Source of the DNA: an uncultured Clostridiaceae bacterium
Lineage (GTDB): Bacteria > Bacillota > Clostridia > Lachnospirales > Lachnospiraceae
Direction: 5' to 3'
Length of the DNA: 54,233 nucleotides
Assembly: GCA_958441075.1 (NCBI GenBank)
Contig: CAUCBQ010000001.1
Coordinates: 1-54,233 of the forward strand
In this document: piece by piece, positions 28,470 to 39,254 of the stretch
Layout of the letters: each line of letters starts with the position of its first letter
Position numbering within the stretch: the first letter of the stretch is position 1
Made by a program: the position numbers and the translations under genes
Notes under the pieces: model-generated
What the model was told of the DNA's origin: nothing
Seen by the model: only the letters and a program-made list of their open reading frames with translations
The model's database searches: none

Positions 28470-28651
28470 TTATCCACAACCTAAATATAGTATTTTGTCG
28501 AATTTCCACCATATATCTTGTGTTTGCCGGTGGATAATGTGGATAACTTTGTGGATAACCTTGTTTATACTCTGGGGAAAGGCCGGGGAAAACATGGGGA
28601 AATGTGTAGTTTTATGTGGAAACAGCAATTATTGTTAAATATTTATCCACA
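28470..28651. promoter_or_regulatory. DnaA-box cluster
   Basis: Perfect TTATCCACA at 28470-28478 and 28643-28651, perfect TGTGGATAA at 28538-28546 and 28550-28558, near-matches at 28529-28537 and 28615-28623. Confidence 0.8.
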
Positions 28652-28716
28652 ATTTTAACCTGTTTTTCCTGTTTCTGTAAAATTATTTACATTTTTTTAC
28701 GTTTTTATAAACCCTA

Positions 28717-28747
28717 TTGACCTTAGAGCCGCTCCATCCTTTATCCT
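28717..28747 (+). promoter_or_regulatory. MerR-type promoter/operator (19-bp spacer with dyad)
   Basis: TTGACC (28717-28722), 19 bp containing GAGC-C-GCTC, TATCCT (28742-28747); next to a MerR-family gene. Confidence 0.6.
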
Positions 28748-28767
28748 TACCCTGTCAGTAATGACGC

Positions 28768-28804
28768 AGACCCGCCAGGGAGAAACGCTTCTCCCGGCGG
28801 GTCT
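28768..28804. terminator. strong GC-rich hairpin, probable terminator
   Basis: AGACCCGCC-A-GGGAGAA / TTCTCCC-GGCGGGTCT immediately after the merR stop codon. Confidence 0.7.
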
Positions 28805-28810
28805 TCCCCT

Positions 28811-29635
28811 TTATTTTCTTTCACCAGCCTGTACAACAGGCATATAGAGCTCCAGATAATAGGTATTTGTCTCCTCTCCCAAAAAAGAACTCATATTATT
28901 AGAATACAGAATCCCTTCCGGAACAAGCCCATGGCTGCATCCCCACTCCTCCATCCTTTGGGCCATGGAAGCATCGGGAAACAGATCCTCAGATGACTCT
29001 ATGGTATAAATACAGGGTACAGGTTCTGTAGGTGGGTAGCTTGAAAGGTCAAACCGCTTGCTGATAAACGGCTCCAAGCCTTTATATACCAGCAGCTTAG
29101 TCCCCTGGCTCTCCAGCTGACCATCTCTGACGGAAAACTGATTATAAAAATACGTCATATCCAGCCCGCTTACCTCGGACGACATGGAAAACCACTGGCG
29201 AAGCCCCTCATATATATCCTGACAGGTATCCAGAATATATGCCTCTGGAAAGCTTTTTAACGTATACCTGCCGGAGCATTCTTCAATACGGTCCATATCT
29301 GTCAGAGTCAGCTCCAGCCTTGCAATTGTCTGCCTGTGGCGCCGAATCTCCTTCTCCTCTTCCTGAACTCTCTTTTTTAAATGCTCCCGCATATTGGCGA
29401 CGCTTTTATCGTCTTTTACAAAATCCCTGATTTCTTCCAGGCTGTCATTCATTTTCCTGCGGTAAACGATACACATCAGCCGGTAAATGTCATCCTCTGA
29501 AAAATATCTGTAGCCATTTTCCTTCTTCTGAGAACGGATCACGCCCTTTTTCTCGTAAAAACGCAGGGCATCCCGACTCATCCCCACAATGCGCGACACA
29601 TCTCCGATGAGATACTCCTTTTTCTTCTCTGCCAT
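28811..29635 (-). CDS. MerR family transcriptional regulator with C-terminal effector (GyrI-like) domain
   Basis: YLIGDVS...SRDALRFYEKKG...ENGYRYF HTH, coiled coil, C-terminal YLELYMPV. Confidence 0.9.
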   Translation of the reverse strand: MAEKKKEYLIGDVSRIVGMSRDALRFYEKKGVIRSQKKENGYRYFSEDDIYRLMCIVYRRKMNDSLEEIRDFVKDDKSVANMREHLKKRVQEEEKEIRRHRQTIARLELTLTDMDRIEECSGRYTLKSFPEAYILDTCQDIYEGLRQWFSMSSEVSGLDMTYFYNQFSVRDGQLESQGTKLLVYKGLEPFISKRFDLSSYPPTEPVPCIYTIESSEDLFPDASMAQRMEEWGCSHGLVPEGILYSNNMSSFLGEETNTYYLELYMPVVQAGERK

Positions 29636-29733
29636 TCTCCCATCCCCTGTCATTTTCTTATTTTAACGCTTTCTTAATGCATCTATCTTACCTGTAATTC
29701 CTTTGCCGGTCAATGGAGGGGGGATTATAATAC

Positions 29734-29761
29734 AAAAGAGCCGGATCACTCCGGCTCTTTT
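29734..29761. terminator. intrinsic terminator of the fab/acc operon
   Basis: AAAAGAGCCGGA-TCAC-TCCGGCTCTTTT perfect hairpin. Confidence 0.85.
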
Positions 29762-29767
29762 CGCTTT

Positions 29768-30904
29768 TTATCCAATCAGCAGCGCATTCATAACCTCTTC
29801 TACCGTCTCAATCCGGTCTGAACGGAAGGCATTGCTTCCGCAGAACAGCAGGGCCGCATCTTCATCTCCTTCTGCGGCATTCACCAAAGCTCTGGTGATG
29901 CAGTAGGGAATGGTCTTTATATCGCAGTGCTCCAGACACTGGAAGCAGGATTTGATGGCAGGCCGTTCTCCTTCCTTAATCTTCTTTAAGAAGGGATTTA
30001 AAATGGCTCTTCCCGGCATACCCACAGGGCTCTGGGTGATGACAATATCTTCCTTTGAAGCCTCGATATAGGTCTGCTTATAGGCATCGGGGGCATCACA
30101 CTCCTCAGTCGTCACAAAGCGGGTGGCAACCTGAACGCCCTCTGCTCCCAGCTCAAACTGGTGCTTTACATCCTCATGAGTGTAAATGCCTCCGGCAGTT
30201 ACCACCGGGATATGAGTTTCATACTTATCCTCATAGCCCTTTACCACCTTCATGATGGCCTTTACTTCCTCGTCATAGGCAGCCTGGTTATAGCTTGTCT
30301 CCACATCTGTACTGTCAGCCCCGTACTGTGCCAGCTGCTCCTTTGTAAAGCCCAGATGGCCTCCTGCCAGAGGTCCTTCTACCACTACAAAATCAGGAAC
30401 CCTGTGATACTTTCTGTCCCACATCTTACAGATCACCATAGCGGCCTTTGCAGTCGATACAATGGGAGCCAGCTTGGTACGGCGAAGGAACTTTTTGCCC
30501 ATTGCCTTCATTTCCTCATAAGCTGCTTCTGCATATTCCGGCAAAGATACAGGAAGTCCGGCTCCCGATATAATGGCGTCGGCTCCTGCCTTCACGGCCT
30601 CCTTCACCCACATATCGTAGTGCTTTGTGGCTACCATAATGTTAAAGCCGATTGCTCCCTCAGGAGCAATTTCTCTGGCCTTTTTAAACTCATTACGGAT
30701 CGCACGCAGATTGGCCTCAACGAAGTTCGTTTTAAAATCCGGCTCTCTGAAACCGATCTGAGCAGTGGAGATAAGCCCCATTCCGCCGGCCTTTGCCACG
30801 GCTCCGGCCAGACGGTGGAGGCTGATTCCAACCCCCATTCCACCCTGGATCACCGGTTTTTCTATTTTAAGATCACCAATTACCAATGGTTTGAAATTAC
30901 TCAT
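29768..30904 (-). CDS. fabX: nitronate-monooxygenase-family flavoprotein, FabX-like (FMN + Cys cluster)
   Basis: IQGGMGVGIS, VEGPLAGGHLG, SPVGMPGRAI, CxxCxxxC...YCI; last gene of the fab operon with a TGATG overlap. Confidence 0.7.
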   Translation of the reverse strand: MSNFKPLVIGDLKIEKPVIQGGMGVGISLHRLAGAVAKAGGMGLISTAQIGFREPDFKTNFVEANLRAIRNEFKKAREIAPEGAIGFNIMVATKHYDMWVKEAVKAGADAIISGAGLPVSLPEYAEAAYEEMKAMGKKFLRRTKLAPIVSTAKAAMVICKMWDRKYHRVPDFVVVEGPLAGGHLGFTKEQLAQYGADSTDVETSYNQAAYDEEVKAIMKVVKGYEDKYETHIPVVTAGGIYTHEDVKHQFELGAEGVQVATRFVTTEECDAPDAYKQTYIEASKEDIVITQSPVGMPGRAILNPFLKKIKEGERPAIKSCFQCLEHCDIKTIPYCITRALVNAAEGDEDAALLFCGSNAFRSDRIETVEEVMNALLIG

Positions 30905-32661
30905 CACATTCTCCTAAATCTCTGATATCTGTGTTCTGCCAGTTCCTCTTCTGTCATAGCCTGATAGGCTTCAAAGAAGCCTGCCATGGCCTGATCCATA
31001 AATCCGGCAATACGGTACAGGGTATCTGTACTTGCGGGATCTTTTTCCGGAATAATCTTCTCGATCAGCCCCAGCTTCTTTAAATCTGCCGCTGTTACCT
31101 TCATGACCTCCGCTGCTTCAGGGGCCTTTTTGCTGTCCTTATAGAGAATGGAGGCAAAGCCTTCGGGAGACAGGATGGAGTAGATCGCATTTTCCAGCAT
31201 CCATACCTCATCTGCCACAGCCATAGCCAAAGCGCCGCCGCTTCCGCCTTCTCCGATCACGATGGAAAGAATGGGAACCTTCAAATCTGACATTTCAAAG
31301 AGATTCCTTGCAATGGCTTCTCCCTGTCCTCTCTCCTCTGCCTCTAGGCCGCAGAAGGCTCCGGGAGTATCTACAAAGCAGACAATGGGACGCCCAAAGG
31401 CTTCCGCCTGCTTCATCAGGCGCAGGGCCTTGCGGTAGCCGTCCGGGGATGGCATACCAAAGTTGCGCTTAATATTGTCTTTGGTATTTTTTCCCTTCTG
31501 CTGACCGATTACCGTAACCGGCATCCCGTGGAACATGGCAATGCCGCCTACAATTGCGCCGTCATCCTTAAAATAACGGTCTCCATGAAATTCAATAAAC
31601 TCGTCAAACACCGCATTGATATAGTCAAGAGCTGTGGGCCGGTCGGATCTTCTGGAAAGGAGAACCGTATCCCAGGCTGTCTTTTCATGGTGTTCTTCTG
31701 CCTTTGACTGATGCCGGGAAATTTCAGAACCGGTTTCATGCATTTTCTGCACCTGAACATCACCGCCTGAGCCTGCTCCTGACTCCAGAGCAGTCATACC
31801 GTGCTTTCTGTGCATATATAAGATCTGACCGATCACACGCTTCTGATCCTTTCTCTCCAGGATCATATCCACAAAACCGTGATCTAAGAGAAATTCTGCC
31901 CGCTGGAAGCCCTCAGGCAGCTTCTGACCGATGGTCTGCTCGATCACTCTGGGACCTGCAAAACCAATCAGGGCATGGGGTTCTGCGATAATGATATCAC
32001 CCAGCATGGCAAAGCTTGCAGTCACTCCGCCTGTAGTTGGATCTGTGAGCACGCTGATAAAGAGCTGTCCGGCCTCATGGTGGCGCTTTAAGGCGGCGGA
32101 GGTCTTTGCCATCTGCATCAGAGAAACGATTCCCTCCTGCATTCTGGCGCCTCCGGAGCAGGCAAAAAGAATCACCGGAAGCTTCTCTCTGGTAGCCCGT
32201 TCTACAGCCTGGGTGATCTTTTCCCCTACCACATGGCCCATACTGCTCATGATGAACCGGGCGTCACAGACGCCGATGACAGCAGGATTTCCCTCAATCG
32301 TGGCCTTGCCTGTGACGATCGCCTCATTTAAACGGCTTTTTTCTCTGGCAGCAGCCACCTTTTTCTCATAATTAGGAAAATCCAGAGGGTTGGAAAAGGG
32401 CATATCCTGATTCCATTCCTCAAAGGTTCCCTCATCTGCAAGCATTTCAATCCGGCGGTATGCGTGAACGCGGAAATAGCCGTCGCATTTGGGGCAGACG
32501 TAATAATTGTTCACCACATCCTCCACATAGATCGGCTGCCCGCACTTATTGCACTTGCGCCACAATCCCTGAGGGATGGAGGGCTCTTCGCTGTCTCCGG
32601 CCTTGGGCCTGTAGATCGTATCAATCTTGGTATACGTTTTTTTGAACATATTACGCAGCAT
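30904..32661 (-). CDS. accDA: acetyl-CoA carboxylase carboxyltransferase, fused beta+alpha subunits
   Basis: N-terminal LW.KC..C...VCPKC zinc finger, SGGARMQEG and [11 protein letters not shown] (AccD), then a linker, then [25 protein letters not shown] (AccA) in one ORF. Confidence 0.93.
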   Translation of the reverse strand: MLRNMFKKTYTKIDTIYRPKAGDSEEPSIPQGLWRKCNKCGQPIYVEDVVNNYYVCPKCDGYFRVHAYRRIEMLADEGTFEEWNQDMPFSNPLDFPNYEKKVAAAREKSRLNEAIVTGKATIEGNPAVIGVCDARFIMSSMGHVVGEKITQAVERATREKLPVILFACSGGARMQEGIVSLMQMAKTSAALKRHHEAGQLFISVLTDPTTGGVTASFAMLGDIIIAEPHALIGFAGPRVIEQTIGQKLPEGFQRAEFLLDHGFVDMILERKDQKRVIGQILYMHRKHGMTALESGAGSGGDVQVQKMHETGSEISRHQSKAEEHHEKTAWDTVLLSRRSDRPTALDYINAVFDEFIEFHGDRYFKDDGAIVGGIAMFHGMPVTVIGQQKGKNTKDNIKRNFGMPSPDGYRKALRLMKQAEAFGRPIVCFVDTPGAFCGLEAEERGQGEAIARNLFEMSDLKVPILSIVIGEGGSGGALAMAVADEVWMLENAIYSILSPEGFASILYKDSKKAPEAAEVMKVTAADLKKLGLIEKIIPEKDPASTDTLYRIAGFMDQAMAGFFEAYQAMTEEELAEHRYQRFRRM

Positions 32662-32687
32662 AAGGCTACTTCCTTTCTAATCTCTGA

Positions 32688-34040
32688 TTATTTAACATAC
32701 TCCGGAAAATATTTCTCGATAAATCCCGTATCCGTATCACCGCTTCGGAACGCTTCATTTTCCAGAATCTCATACTGGAAGTTGATATTCGTCTCAATTC
32801 CCTCGATAATCACCTCGCCAAGGGCGCTCTGCATCTTGGCAATGGCAGCTTCACGGTCTTTATCGTATACGATCAGCTTCATAAGCATGGAATCATAGTT
32901 TGCCGGAACCTTGTAGTCGCTGTAAATATGGGTATCTACCCGGACTCCGTTTCCTCCGGGAAGATGTACGGTCTGAATCCGTCCCGGACAGGGCATAAAA
33001 TGCTTCTGCGGATTCTCGGCATTGATACGGCACTCAATGGCATGGCCGCGGATCTCTACCTGATCTTGAGTCACGCTTAAGGGCTCTCCGGCTGCAACGC
33101 GGATCTGCTCCTTGATCAGATCAAGGCCGGATACCATTTCCGTTACAGGATGCTCTACCTGAATACGGGTATTCATTTCCATAAAATAGAAATTCTTGTC
33201 CTTATCCAGAAGAAACTCTATGGTTCCCGCATTTTCATAGCCAACGGACTTTGCAGCCCGTACTGCTGTCTCTCCCATCTTTTTGCGAAGCTCCGGTGAA
33301 ATAACGCTGCAGGGCGCTTCCTCTAAGACCTTCTGGTGGCGCCTCTGGATAGAGCAGTCTCTCTCTCCCAGATGAATTACATTTCCAAAGCGGTCTGCCA
33401 TAATCTGAAATTCCACATGGCGGGGCTTTTCAATATATTTCTCAATATACATGGTATCGTCTGAAAATCCCTTTACAGACTCCAGCTGAGCCGCATTAAA
33501 ATACTCGGTAAAGTCCTCTTCACTTCTGGAAATACGCATTCCCTTGCCGCCGCCACCGGAAGATGCCTTAATCATTACGGGAAAGCCGATTTCCTTTGCC
33601 ATGGCAAGTCCGTCTTCCGCTGTGTATACAGCCTCCTTGCTTCCGGGAACTACGGGAACCCCGGCTTCAATCATGGTCTTTCTGGCTGCGGATTTATTTC
33701 CCATCCTGTTAATAATTTCTGCCGAAGGGCCAATAAAAGTGATATTGCATTTGCTGCACAGCTCTGCAAAACGGGCATTTTCAGAAAGAAAACCAAAGCC
33801 CGGATGAATCGCATCTGCCTTCATAGCTACGGTTGCAGCCAGAATCCGCTCCATATTCAGATAACTCTGACCGGAAGCAGCAGGGCCGATGCAGATGGCT
33901 TCGTCGGCTAAAAGGGTATGAAGGCAGTCTCTGTCTGCCTCAGAGTACACAGCTACCGTCTGAATCCCCATCTCACGGCAGGCGCGGATGATGCGGACTG
34001 CGATCTCACCTCTGTTTGCAATCAAAATCTTGTTAAACAT
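32688..34040 (-). CDS. accC: biotin carboxylase
   Basis: ANRGEIA, HPGFGFLSEN, GGGGKG, ERDCSIQRR, EMNTRIQVEH. Confidence 0.97.
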   Translation of the reverse strand: MFNKILIANRGEIAVRIIRACREMGIQTVAVYSEADRDCLHTLLADEAICIGPAASGQSYLNMERILAATVAMKADAIHPGFGFLSENARFAELCSKCNITFIGPSAEIINRMGNKSAARKTMIEAGVPVVPGSKEAVYTAEDGLAMAKEIGFPVMIKASSGGGGKGMRISRSEEDFTEYFNAAQLESVKGFSDDTMYIEKYIEKPRHVEFQIMADRFGNVIHLGERDCSIQRRHQKVLEEAPCSVISPELRKKMGETAVRAAKSVGYENAGTIEFLLDKDKNFYFMEMNTRIQVEHPVTEMVSGLDLIKEQIRVAAGEPLSVTQDQVEIRGHAIECRINAENPQKHFMPCPGRIQTVHLPGGNGVRVDTHIYSDYKVPANYDSMLMKLIVYDKDREAAIAKMQSALGEVIIEGIETNINFQYEILENEAFRSGDTDTGFIEKYFPEYVK

Positions 34041-34054
34041 TCTATTTCTCCCTA

Positions 34055-34480
34055 TCAGCCAATCATAAAGGTCAGCTCTCCGGTAACAGCTACCTTTCCG
34101 TCTACCGTAGCTGTGGCCTTTCCGATGCCTACCGGTCCCTTCTGGCGGATAATCTCACACTCTAAGCGCAGACGGTCTCCCGGAACTACCTTGTGCTTGA
34201 ATTTCAGTTTGTCAATGCCGCCGAAATATGCTGTTTTTCCCTTAAAGCCCTCCTGAGACAGAATGGCAACTGCTCCGGTCTGAGCCAGAGCTTCTACCAT
34301 CAGAACTCCCGGCATAACGGGCTCCTGCGGAAAATGGCCTCTGAAAAAGGACTCGTCATATGTGATTGCCTTGTAGCCTACGGCTCTTACGCCGGGCTCC
34401 AGCTCCTCAATGCAGTCCACCAGCAGGAAGGGGTGGCGGTGGGGAATAATCTCCTGAATCTCTTTAATACCCATTAACAT
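34055..34480 (-). CDS. fabZ: 3-hydroxyacyl-ACP dehydratase
   Basis: PHR.PFLLVD, GHFP..PVMPGVL.VEALAQ. Confidence 0.96.
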   Translation of the reverse strand: MLMGIKEIQEIIPHRHPFLLVDCIEELEPGVRAVGYKAITYDESFFRGHFPQEPVMPGVLMVEALAQTGAVAILSQEGFKGKTAYFGGIDKLKFKHKVVPGDRLRLECEIIRQKGPVGIGKATATVDGKVAVTGELTFMIG

Positions 34481-34504
34481 ATCTTAATCCTCCTGATGTA
34501 TGCC

Positions 34505-35035
34505 TTATTTAATGCGGAACAGTGGCTGTCCGTACTCTACCACATCCTCGTTGTTTACGAGGACTGCCTCTACTACGCCGTCATATTCGCTCTCAATCTC
34601 ATTCATCAGCTTCATAGCCTCGATAATGCCGAGAGTCTGTCCCTTTTTCACTGTATCTCCCACTTTTACATATGGTTCTGCATCAGGAGAAGATGAACTG
34701 TAGAAGGTACCTACCAGCGGAGAGGTGATTACCTTATCAGAGCCGATATCTGTTCCTGCCTCTTTTGCGTCTGCGGGAGCGGCTGTCTGTGCTGCGGGTA
34801 CACCTTCCGGAGCCTGTACGCCGGAAGCGGTCACTGCCTCATGGGCAGAAAGAACGTGAGCCGGGCCGGGAGCTGCAAATACTGCCGGGGCAGCCGGGGC
34901 GCCTACGGTTACGATCTTTGCCTCTTCCTTTTCCTTTTTCAGAGAAATCACCGTATCTCCCTGCTCCAGCTTAAAGCTGGTTAAACTGGAATCAGACACA
35001 GCCTGAACCAGTGTAAGGATTTCATCGATATTCAT
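34505..35035 (-). CDS. accB: biotin carboxyl carrier protein
   Basis: Ala/Pro linker, [17 protein letters not shown]. Confidence 0.95.
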   Translation of the reverse strand: MNIDEILTLVQAVSDSSLTSFKLEQGDTVISLKKEKEEAKIVTVGAPAAPAVFAAPGPAHVLSAHEAVTASGVQAPEGVPAAQTAAPADAKEAGTDIGSDKVITSPLVGTFYSSSSPDAEPYVKVGDTVKKGQTLGIIEAMKLMNEIESEYDGVVEAVLVNNEDVVEYGQPLFRIK

Positions 35036-35054
35036 TTTCATGTCCTCCTGTTCC

Positions 35055-36293
35055 TTACTCTGTAAATTTCTTTACAATCAGGCTGGCATTGTGTCCGCCA
35101 AAGCCCAGTGAGTTGCTGATTGCATAATTTACATCCATTTCTACGCCGTCACCCTGAGTGTAATCCAGATCGCAGCCCTCGCCTGGCTCCTCAAGACCAA
35201 GAGTAGCATGAACATAACCGTCCTGAATGGATTTTACACAGGTAATGAACTCTACGCCGCCTGCTGCTCCCAGAAGATGACCGATCATAGACTTGGTAGA
35301 ATTAATCTTCACCTTCTCTGCCTGATCCCCAAGAGCCAGACGAATCGCCTTTGTCTCAAAGAGGTCATTGTGATGGGTGCTGGTGCCGTGAGCATTGATA
35401 TAATCTACCTGCTCCGGCATGATCTCTGCGTCCTTCATGGCAAATTCCATAGCCTTCGCAGCGCCGCTGCCGTCCTCAGCAGGGGAAGTGATATGGTATG
35501 CGTCGCAGGTAGCTCCGTAGCCCACTACCTCTGCCAGAATATTGGCTCCTCTGGCCTTTGCATGCTCCAGAGACTCTAACACAACCACACCTGCGCCTTC
35601 ACCCATAACAAAGCCGTTTCTGTCCTTGTCAAAAGGAATGGAAGCACGCTTTGCGTCGTCTGTTGTATTTAAAGCAGTCAGAGCAGTAAAGCCTGCAATG
35701 CCAATGGGTGTAATGCTGGCCTCAGTTCCTCCGGCTACCATCACATCTGCCTCGCCGTACTGAATGGCGCGGAAGGCTTCTCCGATGGAGTGAGTACCGG
35801 TTGCACAGGCAGTCACCACGTTGATACATTTGCCCTTAAGTCCAAACTGGATCGCTACGTTTCCTGCTGCCATATTGCAGATCATCAGAGGAACCAGAAG
35901 AGGTTCTACACGGCTGGGGCCTTTTTCCAGAAGCTTCTTCTCACTGCGCTCCATAGCCTGAAGGGAACCGATACCGGAACCTACGCTGACGCCTACACGG
36001 AAAGGATCTTCCTTTTCCATGTCAATGCCGGACTGATCTAAAGCCTGCTTTGCCGCAGCTACAGCAAACTGGGAAAATGGCTCCATACGGCGGGCTGTCT
36101 TCGGCTCCATGTATGCCTTGGGATCAAAATCCTTTACCTGAGCTGCCAGCTTGCATTTGTAATCAGTTGTGTCAAAATAGGTAATGGGTGCAATACCCAG
36201 TGTCTTATCCTTTAAGGCCTGCCAGAAGCTCTCCACATCATTTCCGATGGGTGTAATGGCTCCCATGCCTGTTACTACTACTCTTGTCTTCAT
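35055..36293 (-). CDS. fabF: beta-ketoacyl-ACP synthase II
   Basis: [32 protein letters not shown]. Confidence 0.96.
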   Translation of the reverse strand: MKTRVVVTGMGAITPIGNDVESFWQALKDKTLGIAPITYFDTTDYKCKLAAQVKDFDPKAYMEPKTARRMEPFSQFAVAAAKQALDQSGIDMEKEDPFRVGVSVGSGIGSLQAMERSEKKLLEKGPSRVEPLLVPLMICNMAAGNVAIQFGLKGKCINVVTACATGTHSIGEAFRAIQYGEADVMVAGGTEASITPIGIAGFTALTALNTTDDAKRASIPFDKDRNGFVMGEGAGVVVLESLEHAKARGANILAEVVGYGATCDAYHITSPAEDGSGAAKAMEFAMKDAEIMPEQVDYINAHGTSTHHNDLFETKAIRLALGDQAEKVKINSTKSMIGHLLGAAGGVEFITCVKSIQDGYVHATLGLEEPGEGCDLDYTQGDGVEMDVNYAISNSLGFGGHNASLIVKKFTE

Positions 36294-36324
36294 ATGATCC
36301 GCTCCTTCTCTTTCCGGTCTGCAG

Positions 36325-37065
36325 TTACATGGCCATTCCGCCGTCTACGCTGATGACCTGTCCTGTGATGTATCTGGCGTCCTCAGATGCCAGAAATGCA
36401 ACTGTATTGGCAATATCTTCTACTTCCCCGAAATTCTTCATGGGAATCTGCTCCATCAGAGCTTTTTTAATGTCATCCTTTAACACATCCGTCATCTCTG
36501 TGCGGATAAATCCGGGAGCAATGGCATTTACGGTAATACCACGGCTTGCCATCTCTCTTGCCACGCTCTTTGTGATTCCGATTACGCCTGCCTTTGCAGC
36601 GCAGTAATTGGCCTGTCCTGCATTTCCAAGCACACCGGATACAGATGAGATATTGATAATCCTTCCGGATCTCTGCTTTAACATCTGACGTGAGATGTGA
36701 TGAATGCAGTTGAATACACCCTTTAAGTTGGTCTGGATCACTGCGTCAAAGTCTTCCTCAGACATTTTCATTACCAGGTTGTCTCTTGTGATGCCTGCAT
36801 TATTTACAAGGATGTCCAGACGACCGTACTTTGCCACAATTCCGTCCAGCATTTCCTTGCTGCTGTTAAAGTCGGAAACATTGCACTGCACTGCCTCCGC
36901 GCTGCCTCCGGCCTCCCGGATCTCCTGTACTGCTTCCTCTGCCTTTGCAGCAGAACCGTTATAGTTTATGATCACTGTTGCGCCCTTTGCAGCCAGTGTT
37001 TTTGCGATCTGGCGGCCAATTCCGCGGCTTGCGCCCGTTACCAGTGCGATCTTTCCTTCCAGCAT
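36325..37065 (-). CDS. fabG: 3-oxoacyl-ACP reductase
   Basis: [22 protein letters not shown]. Confidence 0.96.
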   Translation of the reverse strand: MLEGKIALVTGASRGIGRQIAKTLAAKGATVIINYNGSAAKAEEAVQEIREAGGSAEAVQCNVSDFNSSKEMLDGIVAKYGRLDILVNNAGITRDNLVMKMSEEDFDAVIQTNLKGVFNCIHHISRQMLKQRSGRIINISSVSGVLGNAGQANYCAAKAGVIGITKSVAREMASRGITVNAIAPGFIRTEMTDVLKDDIKKALMEQIPMKNFGEVEDIANTVAFLASEDARYITGQVISVDGGMAM

Positions 37066-37066
37066 A

Positions 37067-37993
37067 TTAATTCTCCTTTAAAGCTTCGATTACTTTGTCA
37101 ATGTCTTCTAATTTCTCTATGTTCAGACTCTTTACACTGCGGTCAATCTTGCGCATAAAGCCTGTCAGCGTACGTCCCGGACCGATCTCAATAAAAGTAT
37201 CCACACCGTCTGCCAGCATAGCCTCTACGCTCTGCTGCCATTTTACAGAAGAAGATACCTGACGGGTCAGAAGCTCCTTTACCGGAGCTGCCTCTGTCAC
37301 ATATTCTGCGGTCACGTTGGCAACATAAGGAATCTTTGGAGCATTTACTTCTACCTGAGAAAGCACCTCTCCCAGCTTCTCTCCGGCTCCTGTAAGCATA
37401 CCGGAATGGAAGGGGCCGCTTACATTCAGCAAAATAGCTCTCTTGGCTCCTGCTGCCTTTAAACGCTCGCAGGCTTCCTCTACCGCTTCCTTTTTACCGG
37501 AAATAACTATCTGTCCCGGACAATTGTAATTGGCAATCCATACGCCTTCCATGGAAGAGGTAATTTCCTCAATCACAGACGCATCCAGAGCCAGAACAGC
37601 CGCCATGGCGCCTTCTCCTGCCGGAACCTCCTCCTGCATCAGGATACCTCTCTGGCGCACCGTTTTAATGGCGTCGTCCTCGCTCATCACGCCTGCTGCT
37701 GCCAGAGCGCAGTATTCTCCCAGGCTTAAACCTGCTGCCACATCGGGATGAATCCCTCTTTCTTCCAGCACCTTCATCATGGCAATACTGGTTGTTACCA
37801 TAGCTGCCTGAGTATATTCCGTAATATCCAGACGGTCGTTGGGCTCAAAGCACAGCTGGGGAACAGAGAAGCCTAAAAGCTCAGAAGCTCTGTCAAATAC
37901 CGTTCTTCCAGTCTCTGTCTGCTCATAAAAATCCTTTCCCATACCGCAGGTCTGTGCGCCCTGACCTGGGAAAATAAATGCGATCCTGCTCAT
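37067..37993 (-). CDS. fabD: malonyl-CoA:ACP transacylase
   Basis: FPGQG, GLSLGE, VSGPFHS, EIGPG. Confidence 0.96.
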   Translation of the reverse strand: MSRIAFIFPGQGAQTCGMGKDFYEQTETGRTVFDRASELLGFSVPQLCFEPNDRLDITEYTQAAMVTTSIAMMKVLEERGIHPDVAAGLSLGEYCALAAAGVMSEDDAIKTVRQRGILMQEEVPAGEGAMAAVLALDASVIEEITSSMEGVWIANYNCPGQIVISGKKEAVEEACERLKAAGAKRAILLNVSGPFHSGMLTGAGEKLGEVLSQVEVNAPKIPYVANVTAEYVTEAAPVKELLTRQVSSSVKWQQSVEAMLADGVDTFIEIGPGRTLTGFMRKIDRSVKSLNIEKLEDIDKVIEALKEN

Positions 37994-37996
37994 TTT

Positions 37997-38923
37997 TTAC
38001 TCCCTGTTTAAAAGTTTCTTTGCCTGCTCCATCATCTCGTCAATCATTTCCTTACAGGTCTGTTCCTTGGAAATCAGACCGGCGATCTGGCCTGCCATTA
38101 CAGTACCGTTCATTACATCGCCTTCCTGTACTGCCTTGCGCAGGGAGCCCAGAGTCAGGTACTCCAGTTCCTCAAAGGACTTTCCTTCCTGCTCTAACTT
38201 TGTATACTCTCTTGTCATCTGATTTCTCAGGCCTCTTACCGGATGACCGTGGGTTCTTCCGGTTACTACCGAGTCAATATCCTTTGCCTTGATGATGCGC
38301 TGCTTATAGTTTTCATGTACAATGGATTCTTTTGCCACTACAAAGCGGGTTCCCATCTGAACAGCCTCTGCGCCCAGCATAAAGGCTGCTGCAATGCCTC
38401 TGCCGTCTCCGATACCGCCTGCCGCAATGACAGGAATAGAAACTGCGTCAACTACCTGAGGAACCAGAGTCATCGTCGTTTCCTCGCCAATATGACCGCC
38501 GGACTCCATACCCTCTGCCACCACTGCATCAGCCCCATATTTTTCCATACGGCGGGCCAGCGCTACAGAAGCCACTACAGGAATTACCTTAATACCTGCG
38601 TCCTTCCACATCTGCATATATTTCTCAGGATTTCCGGCTCCGGTGGTAACTACCTTAATGCCTTCCTCCACTACGACTCTTGCCACATCATCTGCATGAG
38701 GGCTTAAAAGCATTACATTTACACCAATAGGGCGGTCTGTGAGCGCTCTTGCCTTGCGGATCTCCTCACGAACGACCTCTCCCGGTGCGTTTGCCCCGCC
38801 GATCAGTCCCAGGCCGCCTGCTGCGGACACGCCTGCTGCCAGACTGTGCTCTGCCACCCAGGCCATACCGCCCTGGATGATGGGGTATTCAATTCCTAAC
38901 ATTTCTGTAATTCTTGTTTTCAT
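37997..38923 (-). CDS. fabK: enoyl-ACP reductase FabK
   Basis: PIIQGGMAW, EGMESGGHIG, AAGGIGDGRG, MAGQIAG. Confidence 0.95.
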   Translation of the reverse strand: MKTRITEMLGIEYPIIQGGMAWVAEHSLAAGVSAAGGLGLIGGANAPGEVVREEIRKARALTDRPIGVNVMLLSPHADDVARVVVEEGIKVVTTGAGNPEKYMQMWKDAGIKVIPVVASVALARRMEKYGADAVVAEGMESGGHIGEETTMTLVPQVVDAVSIPVIAAGGIGDGRGIAAAFMLGAEAVQMGTRFVVAKESIVHENYKQRIIKAKDIDSVVTGRTHGHPVRGLRNQMTREYTKLEQEGKSFEELEYLTLGSLRKAVQEGDVMNGTVMAGQIAGLISKEQTCKEMIDEMMEQAKKLLNRE

Positions 38924-39020
38924 TGTCTTCCTTCCAATAGAGGAAACAGCGTGCTTCAATCCATCCACACGCCGTCCCTCTCATTTGCTTATGCAATTTT
39001 ACACTCTGGCCTTGAGGATC

Positions 39021-39254
39021 TTATGCCTCTACGCCGTGGTTCTTTAAGTACTCCATAACATCGCCAACTGTAGACATCTTCTCTAACTCCTCTGCAGGGA
39101 TCTCTACAGAATACTCATCCTCTAAAGCCATTACCAGCTCAAAAAGATCCAGGGAATCAGCGCCCAGATCTTCCTTAAAAGAGGAAGCCTCGGTTACGGA
39201 CTCAGCGTCTACGCTTAACTGCTCTGCAATAATTTCTTTCATCTTCTCTAACAT
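39021..39254 (-). CDS. acpP: acyl carrier protein
   Basis: DLGADSLD phosphopantetheine site; acidic 77 aa. Confidence 0.97.
   Translation of the reverse strand: MLEKMKEIIAEQLSVDAESVTEASSFKEDLGADSLDLFELVMALEDEYSVEIPAEELEKMSTVGDVMEYLKNHGVEA

Noticed and set aside
28454..28716. DnaA-box cluster as the replication origin oriC
   Set aside because: There is no dnaA/dnaN/rpmH nearby, gene-orientation bias does not switch across it, and no DnaA-trio repeat is evident
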